DNA of 61,057 bases, the filler included. It is 9 parts of 9 records of this genome, joined end to end, with 100 filler letters (N's around TTAATTAATTAA, not from the genome) between each part and the next. Parts side by side here need not be neighbours in the genome. Positions count along the whole stretch, not along the records: positions 8,194 to 16,200 come from SRR31147125_64734; positions 16,301 to 24,328 come from SRR31147125_64755; 7 more parts are not named here. The stretch is one strand, 5' to 3'. A program made the translations under genes and the position numbers. Under the pieces are notes generated by a model. The model worked only from the letters and a program-made list of their open reading frames with translations, was not told the DNA's origin and searched no databases. Below are positions 11,101-21,291 of this stretch, piece after piece; position 1 is the stretch's first letter; each line of letters begins with the position of its first letter.

Positions 11101-11835
11101 GAACCGGGCGAGCGCCGGATCCACATCCGTGAAGTTCAGGGCCGCATATGGGCTGCCGAATCGTCCCATCCGGGCATAGGTGGTGGGGGTGGGATGAATG
11201 GGAAGCAAGTGAAGGATCCGGCACCCCAGTTCCACAAAGATGAATTCCAGTTCCTGAATCAGGTCTCTGAATTTTCCCGATTCAGGGATGACCGTATATC
11301 CTTTTTGATCCAGGGCCTGGATCATGGCGCGGTCGGTTTTATCCGGTCTATCCTGCGTTTTCAACGCATCCGGCCGCTCACTTCGGGTGCCGGAATGGTT
11401 GAATTGACGGATAAAGGCATTGTAGATGATATTGGCCGAGCAAGTGCCGGGCGGTTCCACGCTGATGCCGACATTTTCCCCATCGGGCCACACCGGATCG
11501 GTTTTGCCGTCAGGGATAAAAAAGCATTTGGCCTGAAAATAACCGGTCTGGTGAAGGGGGAGGTGGATGTCGAAGGTATTTTCGTTCCGGCGGATCATTT
11601 CATGGTCAAACCAGGATTTTCCCAATTTGATCCGATCCTTTTCCACCTGCTCGATGATTTCTTTCCTGGAGATCCGGGCAGCCCCCAGGTTGGTCCGCAC
11701 CCATGCCCGTCCCTTAAGGGAGGAGGGGGAGGACAAAGAGAGGGTAAACGTGATGGCATCTCCACAGAACATCACCTGGCCGGTTCCCGGAGGGGGGATT
11801 TGGCTTATTTTTAGAAAATGGGGGTGTTCGTTCAT
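8194..11835 (-). CDS. Glycogen debranching enzyme (GH13 alpha-amylase domain + amylo-alpha-1,6-glucosidase), two frameshifts, 3' truncated
   Basis: GH13 motifs DIAINHT, GFRCDAG, ETHDN, then GDE C-terminal motifs IAGFPWFLDWGRD, SDAPLWF, HFTWM, spread over three consecutive ORFs with shifts near 9680 and 9220. GAGGAG RBS before ATG 11835. Confidence 0.88.
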
Positions 11836-11939
11836 CGCAGCTCCTCTGTTGTAATTGGGATGGAAATGAGCTGGCAAGAAGGAATTTAATAAAGGTGACT
11901 ATACCACAGCCAGGGACTGTATTGCAGGATTTTTTGAAT

Positions 11940-13087
11940 TTACTGCCGGGGAGGACGATACATGCCTCGGGAGGGATTTTCGATTTTTCCTTCCTGTTTG
12001 AGACGATACAAAATATTTCGCACCTTTTGAGCAGGAAGATTGACCTTCTCGATAATTTTGGCAACAGGGACGGCGCGTTTTCTTCCCTCCAATACCTTCA
12101 GGATGAGAGTGATATCAGGGTTTTCCGAAGCGTTACCGGATCGGGTGGATTTTCGAGTCGATGCGGTTGTTTTTTTTGCCGTTTTTGAAGCGGTTTCCTT
12201 CACTGTTTCTTTCGTCGTTTTTGATGGTTTGGGACTGCGCTGTCGTCCTTTTTTCTGATTTTTTTTTCCGTTTAATTGGGTCGTCTTTGCATCTGATTTT
12301 GATTGCTTGCCTCTTTTTTTGGGCTCTTTTTCAGAAGTTTCGGCGGGCTCCGGAATAGATCCGTCATCAAGATCAATGCCGAACATTTCCGAAAGCGAGT
12401 CTTCATCTTCGATGACTCGGGATGAGGTTTGATCTGATTTGGAGAGGATCTCCTGTTTGCTTTCCCGGATCGCTTCGGAGATGAGATCGTCCATATTCGC
12501 TTTTCTCAAAGAGAAGAATAGGGCGGGATCGGTATCCAGCCTGGCTCCGATACCGTAAAGGACCGCTGCCACATGCTTGCACATATATGCGGAATCGGGG
12601 CAGCTGCATGAAAAATCAATCTCTTTGGGAGACGGAAATAGACCTTTTCCCTTCCGGGTAAACAGATCGGCAAGCTTTTTGGGGAATTTTCCCACCAGCA
12701 GCTGCTGGACGGTTTCCATATTGCCTGTACAGGCTTTTTTGATATGGGCCCAGTTGACATCGGATATTTTTTTGATTTTAATTGTGACGGAATAGGTATC
12801 ACTTCCGGAAACGAGTGCTTCGACTTTACCGGGAGCAATCTTGAGATCCATAACCGTCCGGTGGCGCACATAACTTCTACCTCGTCCGATCCGGTTGCTG
12901 TAATCGGCATACCGCTCCAGGTTTTTGTTCCACTCCTTTCCCCACCAGGTTTTGGCAATGGCTCTTCCTTCAATGATGACGGGAGCCATATCCGGATTTT
13001 TTTTCATCAGCTGTTTGAGCCTTTTTTCCGCTTTGGCTTTTTTTCAGCCACAGAGACATATTTGGGATAACCGCCGTAAAATCGCAT
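11940..13087 (-). CDS. SWIM zinc-finger protein with Lys-rich linker and C-terminal winged HTH (frameshift near N-terminus)
   Basis: CSCPD-x4-CKH SWIM motif and 'RIGRGRSY'. True start ATG 13087 (GAGGAG RBS; MRFYGGYPKYVSVAEKK) is restored by one more base in the T7 run at 13038-13044. Confidence 0.88.
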
Positions 13088-13200
13088 GTTGGCTCCTCAT
13101 GAATTCAGTATCCTGCTCTAGGGTTTAATCTTATCAATTTTGTTCAAAACCGAAGAATTCAATATCAGGATGACTGGTAATTTGTTATCTGAAAGATCCC

Positions 13201-16071
13201 TTATAATGACAACTGAAACAGGTTAAGAATCTCTTCAGTATCCATCTCAGTGATCAGATTTTCTCCGGATGCCGAGATGAGCTTGTTTGAAAGCGCCTGT
13301 TTCTCTTCGATCATCTTGTCGATTTTTTCTTCAATAGTGCCTTTGGTAATGAATTTATGTACCAGGACGTTTTTTTGCTGGCCGATCCGGAAAGCGCGAT
13401 CCGTAGCCTGATTTTCAATGGCGGGGTTCCACCAGCGATCGAAATGGATCACATGATTGGCCCGGGTCAGGTTGAGTCCCACCCCGCCTGCCTTTAATGA
13501 GAGTACCATGAAAGGACAGTAGGCGTCATCCTGAAATTTCTCGATCAGCTGTTTTCGTTTTCTCACAGGAACGCCGCCGTGAAGCACCAGGCCGTCCCGC
13601 TGGAACACGGATTTAAGAAAGTGCCGGATCGGTTCGGTCATTTCCTTGAATTGGGTGAAGACCAACACCCGTTCCCGCTTCTCGAAAATGGTGTCGCAGA
13701 TTTCCCGCATCCGTTTGAACTTGCCGCTGTCGGTTTCCTTGAATTCTCCGGTGTCGCTGAATTGATCCGGATGGTTACACAGCTGCTTGAATTTCATCAG
13801 GGACGAAACCACCACGCCTTTTCGTTGTATGCCCTCGCTCTCTTCCAGCACTTTTTTCAAATCTTTCAATGCTTTCTTATAGAGAAGGACTTGCTTGCGG
13901 GTCAATTCGGAAAAGACTTTCATCTCAACCTTTTCCGGAAGGTCCGAGATGACGGATTTGTCGGTTTTGAGCCTTCGCAGGATGTAAGGGGAGACCAGAC
14001 GTCTCAGACGGCGAAAGGCCGTGGGCTTTTCGTTCAATTCCTTGGAAAAGCGTTTGAACTCCGCGCGATTGCCCAGAAGACCGGGATTGAGAAAATCAAA
14101 CAGCGACCACAAGTCTGAAATTCGATTCTCCACCGGCGTTCCCGTCAGGATGATGCGATTGTGAGCGGTGAGTCGCTTAACCGCCTGGGTCTGTTTGGTG
14201 GCCGGGTTCTTGATGGCCTGAGCCTCATCCAGGATGATGGTGTTCCACTGATAATCAGCCAGCCACTCATATTTTTTGGACAAGGCATATGTGGTGATGA
14301 CCAGATCCAATTCATCCAACGCATCAGAAGGCAAGCCGGATTCAAGATTAACGGGCGGCTTTTTCGGTTTTTTCTGATTAGATCTCTTTTTTATTCCTTT
14401 TTTACCGGGGTCACTGGTTCCTCCTGTGTTCACACGATCGCTCTCATTGGCATTGTCGGTCACTTTGGCTTTGCGTTTGGAATTGGAAGTGGCATAAGCC
14501 GGATGGGCGGTAAAAAAATTCAGATCCGGGAAAAACCGTTCGATTTCACTGATCCAGTTTCCCATCAACGAGGCGGGAATGATCAATAGATTGGCACGTT
14601 GCCCATGTCCAATATTTTTCTGAGCATTGTTTTCGGGGTGCGGTTTGCCTTTCGTATTGGGTTGAAGTGAAAAGGCGGTTTTGTGTTCTTTTAATACACT
14701 TAGGAATGCCAGAACCTGAATGGTTTTTCCCAATCCCATATCATCGGCCAGGCAGGCACCGAATCCCAAGTGGTCCATGAAAGAGAGCCAGTCGAGTCCT
14801 TGTTGTTGATACTCTCGAAGCGATGCGTTGAATCCTTTTGCCGGTTGCGTGCCGTCCAGTTTCTCCGGAGAGACCATCTTCTTTTGAATTGCGTCAAGCC
14901 ACTCGCCATTGGAGAGGGAAATATCCTCATCCACATCACTGAGATCGAGATTGAGAAATGTTTCCGGATTGAGCTGAAGCCGCATGGCATCCCGAACCGA
15001 GATGCCTTTCTCTTCCATCTCTCTGACAGCGTCCCATGCGTCGATCACCTGTTTGAGTTTATCAGGATCCACAGGTATCCAACGATTTTTTATAAAAGCC
15101 AATCCTTGGGATTCACTGAGGATTCGCCGGGCTTCTTCCGCAGATATTTTTACGCCGCCCAGTACAATTTCGGGCCGGAAGTCCAGCAGGGCATCGAGTC
15201 CTGCCAGGGATGGTTTTTTGTCTCCCAGACTGATACTTAACTTGGCTCCGGAGGCACTTTGCTTCCACCAATCGGGAATGCGGCACAATACGCCCGTGGA
15301 TTCATACAACGGAATTTCTTTCAAAAATCGATATGCTTCTTCGGCACTCCAACGTACCGGGCGGAACAGATCACCGCTTTGGATCAGTTTTTTGACCAGC
15401 TCGCTTTTTTTCGAAACCCGTTGGACCTTGGAGAGCAGCTCGATATATTGCTCATCGTCAAATTCATGGACTGCGTTTTTCAATGTGCGATGTACAGGCT
15501 TTCCATCGGGGCCCATACCGGTACTGTAAGTGGCCATAAAGGCAAACGGCCATTGGGGGTGCTTGCTCTCCACCAGATGAAAAAAGACCTGACCGGCCAG
15601 ATGAATATCGGGATTGAGCGTTGCAAAAAAGGATGCCACAGTACCGTCATGGGGTTCAATGGACTGAGAATAGGCCGACAGCAGGCGATCCCACAAATCG
15701 GAAATGAGATCGGGAGTGACATACTCCGCGCCGGTCATCATGGGAAGACTCTCCATGAGCATTGTTCGTTCGGATTCCGAAATCGTCACCTTGGCGTTGT
15801 GGCGGAGCAGCTCCAGATCCGGTTGTCGACTCAGTTTTTTCACAAACAGATTGGAAAGCCGGATGAAATAGTTGACGGATGCGGAGAGCTCCCGGTTTCG
15901 GTCTTTGAAACCGAGGTGAAGCAGCCACTTGTCCGGGTCGCGATCATGGATCTGGGACAGGGCGTTTTGCAGATCCATGATCGATTCGGACATTTTTGTC
16001 TTGACCGGTATCCATTCAGGATGAAGTGATCTGTCCGGTAGGACGGAGAGGGTGAGTTGCTGGTTCATCAA
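13201..16071 (-). CDS. SNF2/SWI2-family ATPase
   Basis: LADDMGLGKT, ILDEAQ, LTGTPVEN, SLKAGGVGLNL, QATDRAFRIGQ motifs. Confidence 0.97.
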   Translation of the reverse strand: MMNQQLTLSVLPDRSLHPEWIPVKTKMSESIMDLQNALSQIHDRDPDKWLLHLGFKDRNRELSASVNYFIRLSNLFVKKLSRQPDLELLRHNAKVTISESERTMLMESLPMMTGAEYVTPDLISDLWDRLLSAYSQSIEPHDGTVASFFATLNPDIHLAGQVFFHLVESKHPQWPFAFMATYSTGMGPDGKPVHRTLKNAVHEFDDEQYIELLSKVQRVSKKSELVKKLIQSGDLFRPVRWSAEEAYRFLKEIPLYESTGVLCRIPDWWKQSASGAKLSISLGDKKPSLAGLDALLDFRPEIVLGGVKISAEEARRILSESQGLAFIKNRWIPVDPDKLKQVIDAWDAVREMEEKGISVRDAMRLQLNPETFLNLDLSDVDEDISLSNGEWLDAIQKKMVSPEKLDGTQPAKGFNASLREYQQQGLDWLSFMDHLGFGACLADDMGLGKTIQVLAFLSVLKEHKTAFSLQPNTKGKPHPENNAQKNIGHGQRANLLIIPASLMGNWISEIERFFPDLNFFTAHPAYATSNSKRKAKVTDNANESDRVNTGGTSDPGKKGIKKRSNQKKPKKPPVNLESGLPSDALDELDLVITTYALSKKYEWLADYQWNTIILDEAQAIKNPATKQTQAVKRLTAHNRIILTGTPVENRISDLWSLFDFLNPGLLGNRAEFKRFSKELNEKPTAFRRLRRLVSPYILRRLKTDKSVISDLPEKVEMKVFSELTRKQVLLYKKALKDLKKVLEESEGIQRKGVVVSSLMKFKQLCNHPDQFSDTGEFKETDSGKFKRMREICDTIFEKRERVLVFTQFKEMTEPIRHFLKSVFQRDGLVLHGGVPVRKRKQLIEKFQDDAYCPFMVLSLKAGGVGLNLTRANHVIHFDRWWNPAIENQATDRAFRIGQQKNVLVHKFITKGTIEEKIDKMIEEKQALSNKLISASGENLITEMDTEEILNLFQLSL

Positions 16072-16200
16072 TAAGTCCTTGTTGGCCTTTCATTATGAGA
16101 GGATGACGTTTGGCAATTTCCTTTTTTGATATGAAAAACCTCACGCTCATTGGCTCGAGGATTTTCATGCTTTGTTCTGTCAGGTGGCCTGACATGGCCG

Positions 16201-16300
16201 NNNNNNNNNNNNNNNNNNNNNNNNNNNNNNNNNNNNNNNNNNNNTTAATTAATTAANNNNNNNNNNNNNNNNNNNNNNNNNNNNNNNNNNNNNNNNNNNN
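16201..16300. other. Artificial contig spacer
   Basis: N44-TTAATTAATTAA-N44. Confidence 0.99.
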
Positions 16301-16991
16301 GGGAAAAGAAATTGGTCTTAGCACTAAGGTGATGAAACAGGCTGCTCTAAACAGCGCTACTTTTTCTATAGTGCCTTCTGTGCCGATAGCGCTGTCTATG
16401 ATATTCCTTGTCAGCACGATGGGCGTAGCTTTTTCATGGATAAGGCTTTCGGTCATCGGCTCAATGTCATACGAGATATACGCAGCAAGTCAGGTCGCGG
16501 CTGCCGCCGACATTTCTAAGGAAGCGCTTGGAACGATGCCCATTAACGTATTTGCTGGAGCTATGTGGGTAATGACGCTCGGCATAATAATCGGTCCTGT
16601 GTTTAACATATTCGGTCTTAAGCGCTATCAGAAAAAGATAGAGGAAATAGGGCAGAAGAATCCGAAGTGGTCTAAAGTCCTTATAGATGCGCTGTTTATG
16701 GGAATCATCGCCGTAATGGGCGGACAGTTCATCGCAAAAGGCATAGCGGCATTTACCGGCTTCAACATGCAGAATACCGCAGACGTGATAGGCAAATCCG
16801 AAATGACTCTTGCACAGGTTTCGACCAGCAGCAAAGTACAGTTCTTAACGCTTGTTTCAGGTGCTCTGCTTATGCTTGTTTTCGGTGCTATTATAAAGGC
16901 AACTAAGGCAAAGTGGCTGGAGAACTTTGCACTGCCTGTGTCTATGATAGGCGCTGTTGCACTGTCCGTGCTGTATCACGGATTGTTTTAG
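16301..16991 (+). CDS. DUF5058-like membrane protein (5' truncated)
   Basis: 'SWIRLSVIGSMSYE' and 'WLENFALPVSM' motifs, multiple TMs. Confidence 0.75.
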
Positions 16992-17003
16992 GGGGTGGCT
17001 GAT

Positions 17004-17696
17004 ATGAAAAAAGAACAAGAATTTACATTAAATAAATATATGGAAGCCACTCACAGGACAGGGCGCATATGGACAGCGTTTGCAATGCTTCTCGTCATTG
17101 CAGTACCGCTTCTTTTCTGCCTCGTTTACGGAGTCGTTCCCGAATGGAACTCGTTCTGGAAAGGCGTTATTGCCGTCGTTCCTATGTACTGGGCTGTAGG
17201 GCTTATCGAGATATTCAACTATTCACCAATGCTCGGCAGCGGAGGAACGTACCTTGCATTTGTGACGGGCAACCTGCTTAACATGAAAGTTCCTGCTTCC
17301 AAAGTTGCTCTCGATAAAGCAGGAGTCAGCGCAGAGACAGAGGAAGGCGAAGTACTTTCGACTATAGCAGTTGCCGTTTCAAGCATAGTAACTACGCTGG
17401 TGCTTTTAATCGCCTTGATATTCGTAGTGCCTATAAAAATGTGGATAGAGTCCGATGTTCTGCTGAGAACGGTTTTCAGCCTTGACACTGGCTATGTTAT
17501 ACCTGCGCTTTTCGGTGCACTTGGTGTCGTGTTCATAGCAAAGAGCTGGAAGATAGCGCTTATACCTACGCTGCTTATGATACTCGTTTTCCTGCTTCTG
17601 CCCATGGTTTACAGCGTTTCCGGAATACTGATACCCGTAATGAGCGTGCTTAGCGTGCTTATTGCAAGATTACTGTTTAAGAGAAACAAGATTTAG
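17004..17696 (+). CDS. Multi-TM membrane protein, usual partner of DUF5058 proteins
   Basis: 'YSPMLGSGGTYLAFVTGNLLNMKVP', 'EGEVLSTIAVAVSS'; cotranscribed with the peptidase, so possibly an amino-acid/peptide transporter pair. Confidence 0.7.
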   Translation: MKKEQEFTLNKYMEATHRTGRIWTAFAMLLVIAVPLLFCLVYGVVPEWNSFWKGVIAVVPMYWAVGLIEIFNYSPMLGSGGTYLAFVTGNLLNMKVPASKVALDKAGVSAETEEGEVLSTIAVAVSSIVTTLVLLIALIFVVPIKMWIESDVLLRTVFSLDTGYVIPALFGALGVVFIAKSWKIALIPTLLMILVFLLLPMVYSVSGILIPVMSVLSVLIARLLFKRNKI

Positions 17697-17707
17697 GAGC
17701 TACATAG

Positions 17708-19161
17708 ATGATAGCATTATACTCTGTGCTGGGGCTGCTGGTTATACTTATAGCGATCCTTGCGCTCAATACGTGGGTGAAAAAGCCTTCAAAGAAACAA
17801 GACTTTATTAAACCGGAAATAGGCTTTGACGAGCAGGAAACAGCAGAGCATCTCTCTGGAATGATACAGCAAAAGACGGTCACATCACTGACTATGGAGG
17901 GCTTTGACGAAAAAGCATTCCACGGTATGCACGAATACCTCAAAAAACATATCCGCTCGTTCACAAGACTTTTTCCCGAGAGGTCGTAAATAAATACAGC
18001 CTTATATACAAATGGGAGGGCAGCGGAAGCGACAAAAAGCCCATGCTCATGATAGCCCATCAGGACGTTGTTCCCGTTGACGAACGAACGCTTTCCGACT
18101 GGGAGCACGAGCCGTTCTCCGGCGAAATTGCTGACGGATACGTATGGGGCAGGGGGACGCTAGACATGAAGGGGCATCTCTGCCAAATCTTCGAGGGTGT
18201 TGAGAGCCTGCTAAAGCAAGGTTTTGAGCCAAAGCGTGATGTTTATATTGCGCTCGGTCACGACGAAGAGTCCATGGGTATATTCGGCGCAGCTGAGTGC
18301 GTTAATGTCTTCAAAGAACGTGGCATACAGTTCGACTTTGTTATTGACGAAGGTGGCGTACTGATGGACGGTAAGATGATGGGCATAAGCGAGAAAGTCG
18401 CAGCCGTCGGCATATGTGAAAAAGGCTATGCAGACATAAGGCTGTGGGTCGCTTCGAAAGGCGGACACGCATCACGACCGCCCAAACACACAGCTGTCGG
18501 AACGCTCTCTAACGCTATCTCAGCAATAGAAAAGCACCAGATGCGCTCTGCACTTAACCCTGCGCTTAAGGGCATGCTCGACTCGGTAGGCAGCTATATG
18601 GAGTTTCCGCTTAACGTCGTCGCAGCTAACCTGTGGCTGACCAAACCAATTCTCTTAGCAGGGCTTGCTGCAAGCAGTACGGGCGCAGCTATGGTAAGGA
18701 CGACAGTTGCACCGACGATGCTTAAAGGCTCTACCGCAAGCAACGTTCTGGCTCAGAAAGCGGAAGCGGTTATAAACTGCCGTATAGCTCCGGGCGACAC
18801 CGTAGCCGATGTGGTAGCGCACTTCAAAAAGGTGATAAACAACGACGACGTGAATGTGGAAGTGATTCAAGGCTACGAGCCGTCGGAAGTATCCTCTCTT
18901 GACAGCGAAGGCTATGAAGCGCTGAAGCACACCATCGGGGAGATGTTCGGAGACTTCGTGATGACGCCGTACCTGATGGTCGCCGCAACCGACTCCAGGC
19001 GATACAGGGAGATAGCCGACAACGTATACCTCTTCCAGCCGATAAGGTCTATGATAGAGGGCCTTGACACCATACACAGCACGAACGAGCGCATAAGCAC
19101 AGAGTCTCTTGCCGAAGGCAGTGAGTTCTTCGCCAGACTGGTGAAGAATGCAGATGGGTGA
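17708..19161 (+). CDS. M20 family metallopeptidase (carboxypeptidase S/PM20D1-like), homopolymer frameshift
   Basis: AHQDVVP, GRGTLDMKG, GHDEE, DEGG, GGHAS, IHSTNE. ORFs 17708..17989 and 18043..19161 join if the A6 at 17942-17947 is A7. Confidence 0.92.
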
Positions 19162-19196
19162 CATGAAAACGAAGGGATGATTTTGGTTAATTTGAG

Positions 19197-20063
19197 TTGA
19201 TTGAGGTGAGCAATATCATAGCTACTGAAAACTATGTTTATAAAAAAGAAGTTGATTGGTCGTTATTAACGGAAGGACTTACACTACCGATTGATAACCA
19301 AGTTGTGTTTGGTCAGATTATGGGACGTTTTTTGCAGAGAGGAGAATCCAAAGATATTAAACTATATTTGGATGGAATATCCTATGAGGCTAAAATTATC
19401 AATGTGAATTTTAATCCTAAGTTTAATAGGAAAAAAGATACACTCCAAATCCGTTATAGTAGGAATGGGGAATTAGCTAAGGCATTACAGGGATACTTTT
19501 TAAAAAGTTATAGTTTTATTAAAGATGTTCGTGAAACCAGAGCAGCCAGTGATAATACAATGATTAGGTTGCCTGAAGACTATAAAGAATACTTAGTTAT
19601 ATATACAACGGAGTATGATGATTCCTATGTACTTGAAACTATTACAGTAGAAGATATGGAATCGTTAAAGAAAACACTTGCTGGTAAGCAGGAAAGGATG
19701 ATAGAAACAGGGTTTAATTATGATTTTGAGGATTTATCTACAGGTATATTAGAAACAGAGCGTACTGTTAAAATACGAAAGCTAAATAAAAAGATCGGTG
19801 ATAATCTAAAAATACTATATGGTTTTCGCTGTCAGATATGTGGAGAATTAATAGGTGAAGAATATGGTTTGCATATAGTGGAAGCGCATCATATCGATTA
19901 TTTTGTTACTAGTCTTAATAATGATGCAAGTAATCAAATGATTATTTGCCCTAATCACCATAGCATTATTCACGATGCAAATCCTATTTTCGATAGAAGA
20001 CAATTGCGATACATATATAAAAATGGGTGTGAACAAAGGGTGGTATTAAATAAACATTTGTAG
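19197..20063 (+). CDS. HNH endonuclease with N-terminal putative DNA-recognition domain
   Basis: CQIC...EAHHI...NNDASN...CPNHH; visibly more AT-rich than its flanks. Confidence 0.88.
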   Translation: MIEVSNIIATENYVYKKEVDWSLLTEGLTLPIDNQVVFGQIMGRFLQRGESKDIKLYLDGISYEAKIINVNFNPKFNRKKDTLQIRYSRNGELAKALQGYFLKSYSFIKDVRETRAASDNTMIRLPEDYKEYLVIYTTEYDDSYVLETITVEDMESLKKTLAGKQERMIETGFNYDFEDLSTGILETERTVKIRKLNKKIGDNLKILYGFRCQICGELIGEEYGLHIVEAHHIDYFVTSLNNDASNQMIICPNHHSIIHDANPIFDRRQLRYIYKNGCEQRVVLNKHL

Positions 20064-20197
20064 TCGTATTTAAAGATTAAATTTGCTAACAGTTTCTATT
20101 TGTAAAAAATCCACATGAATGATATTATATATTACATTAAAGCTTAAGTTTTATATGCATTCATATCTTATTATTTTTTTCATTTAGGAGGCGGATT

Positions 20198-21073
20198 ATG
20201 AGAGAATTTGTAATTGCCACAGATTCCGATACAGAGATACCATTTAAGTTTGCTGAGGAGAAAGGTATCCCGACGTTTTTGATGCCGTATACAGTTGACG
20301 GCGAAGAGAAACTTTTTGACCTTGGAAAGAACACCGACTTTGATGCGTTTTATAAACAGCTCTCGGAAGGCGCACAGGCAAGCACTTCAACACGCTCGCC
20401 GGCGGATATAGAAGACTTCTTCAGAGACATAGTTAAGCAGGGCAAAGACGTTCTGCAGCTGTCGTTCTCGTCACAGCTTTCGGCGCACTACAGCCAGTGT
20501 GAGCTTGCAAAAAACACAGTGCTCGAAGAGTTCCCGGAAGCAAGGATAGAGCTTGTCGATACATACCGTATTTCAATGGGAGCAGGCATCCTCGTCATGG
20601 AGGCGCAGAAGCTCAAAGAGCAGGGGAAAAGCCTTGATGAAATAAGGGACTGGGTAGAGGAGAACAAGCTAAGAGCACATGCTTGGTTCTCTGTAGATGA
20701 CCTAAACTTCCTTAAAAAAGGAGGCAGAGTCTCCGGCACAGCGGCGCTTGTAGGAACTATCCTCGGTGTAAAGCCTATACTTAAGCTCAACAACGAAGGT
20801 AAGATAGTTGCGGCAGATAAAGTTAAAGGCTCAAAAAACGTTTATAAATTCTTCCTCCATACGGTAGAGAAATATATCGAAGGTCCTCAGGATCAGACGA
20901 TTTACGTGCTTCATGCAGGAGCGATGAGTTCCGCAGAAAAGGTAAAGGCAGTTATAGAAGCGGAAGTAAAATGTAAGGGAGTCGTTATTCAGGATATCGG
21001 CCCCGTCATCGGCTGCCATACAGGCCCGGGTGCATTGGCAGTTATATTCATGGGGCAGGAGATGAACTCATAA
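20198..21073 (+). CDS. DegV/FakB fatty-acid-binding protein
   Basis: TDS, SSQLS, LKKGGRVS, LGVKPIL, IGCHTGPG motifs; AGGAGG RBS. Confidence 0.95.
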   Translation: MREFVIATDSDTEIPFKFAEEKGIPTFLMPYTVDGEEKLFDLGKNTDFDAFYKQLSEGAQASTSTRSPADIEDFFRDIVKQGKDVLQLSFSSQLSAHYSQCELAKNTVLEEFPEARIELVDTYRISMGAGILVMEAQKLKEQGKSLDEIRDWVEENKLRAHAWFSVDDLNFLKKGGRVSGTAALVGTILGVKPILKLNNEGKIVAADKVKGSKNVYKFFLHTVEKYIEGPQDQTIYVLHAGAMSSAEKVKAVIEAEVKCKGVVIQDIGPVIGCHTGPGALAVIFMGQEMNS

Positions 21074-21087
21074 AGAAATAGCAGAAC

Positions 21088-21120
21088 AGCGCTCTTCGTA
21101 AGTACGGAGGGCTCTTTTTT
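21088..21120 (+). terminator. Intrinsic terminator
   Basis: Imperfect GC stem followed by T6 after degV. Confidence 0.65.
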
Positions 21121-21241
21121 AGTCAGCCTGCAGCTGTTGCTGGTTAAGACATATAAAGAGAAGTGCAAAAAGACAGAAGCTTAAATGCAATGAAGCCAAA
21201 TATTGGGACGTTTTATGTTAAGCTTTTTTTGATGTCAGTCA

Positions 21242-21250
21242 TGTTATAAT
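21242..21250 (+). promoter_or_regulatory. Extended -10 promoter element
   Basis: TGTTATAAT (TGnTATAAT) about 40 nt upstream of ATG 21292. Confidence 0.6.
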
Positions 21251-21291
21251 AGCCTGCAAGATGTTACAGAAGTGTTATGCGGAGGGAACTG

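Noticed and set aside
10741-11814. 357-aa plus-strand ORF and other long antisense ORFs (15259..16029, 27195..28373, 44436..45092, 51795..52625)
   Set aside because: Shadow frames opposite well-supported genes in GC-rich DNA, with no motifs of their own.
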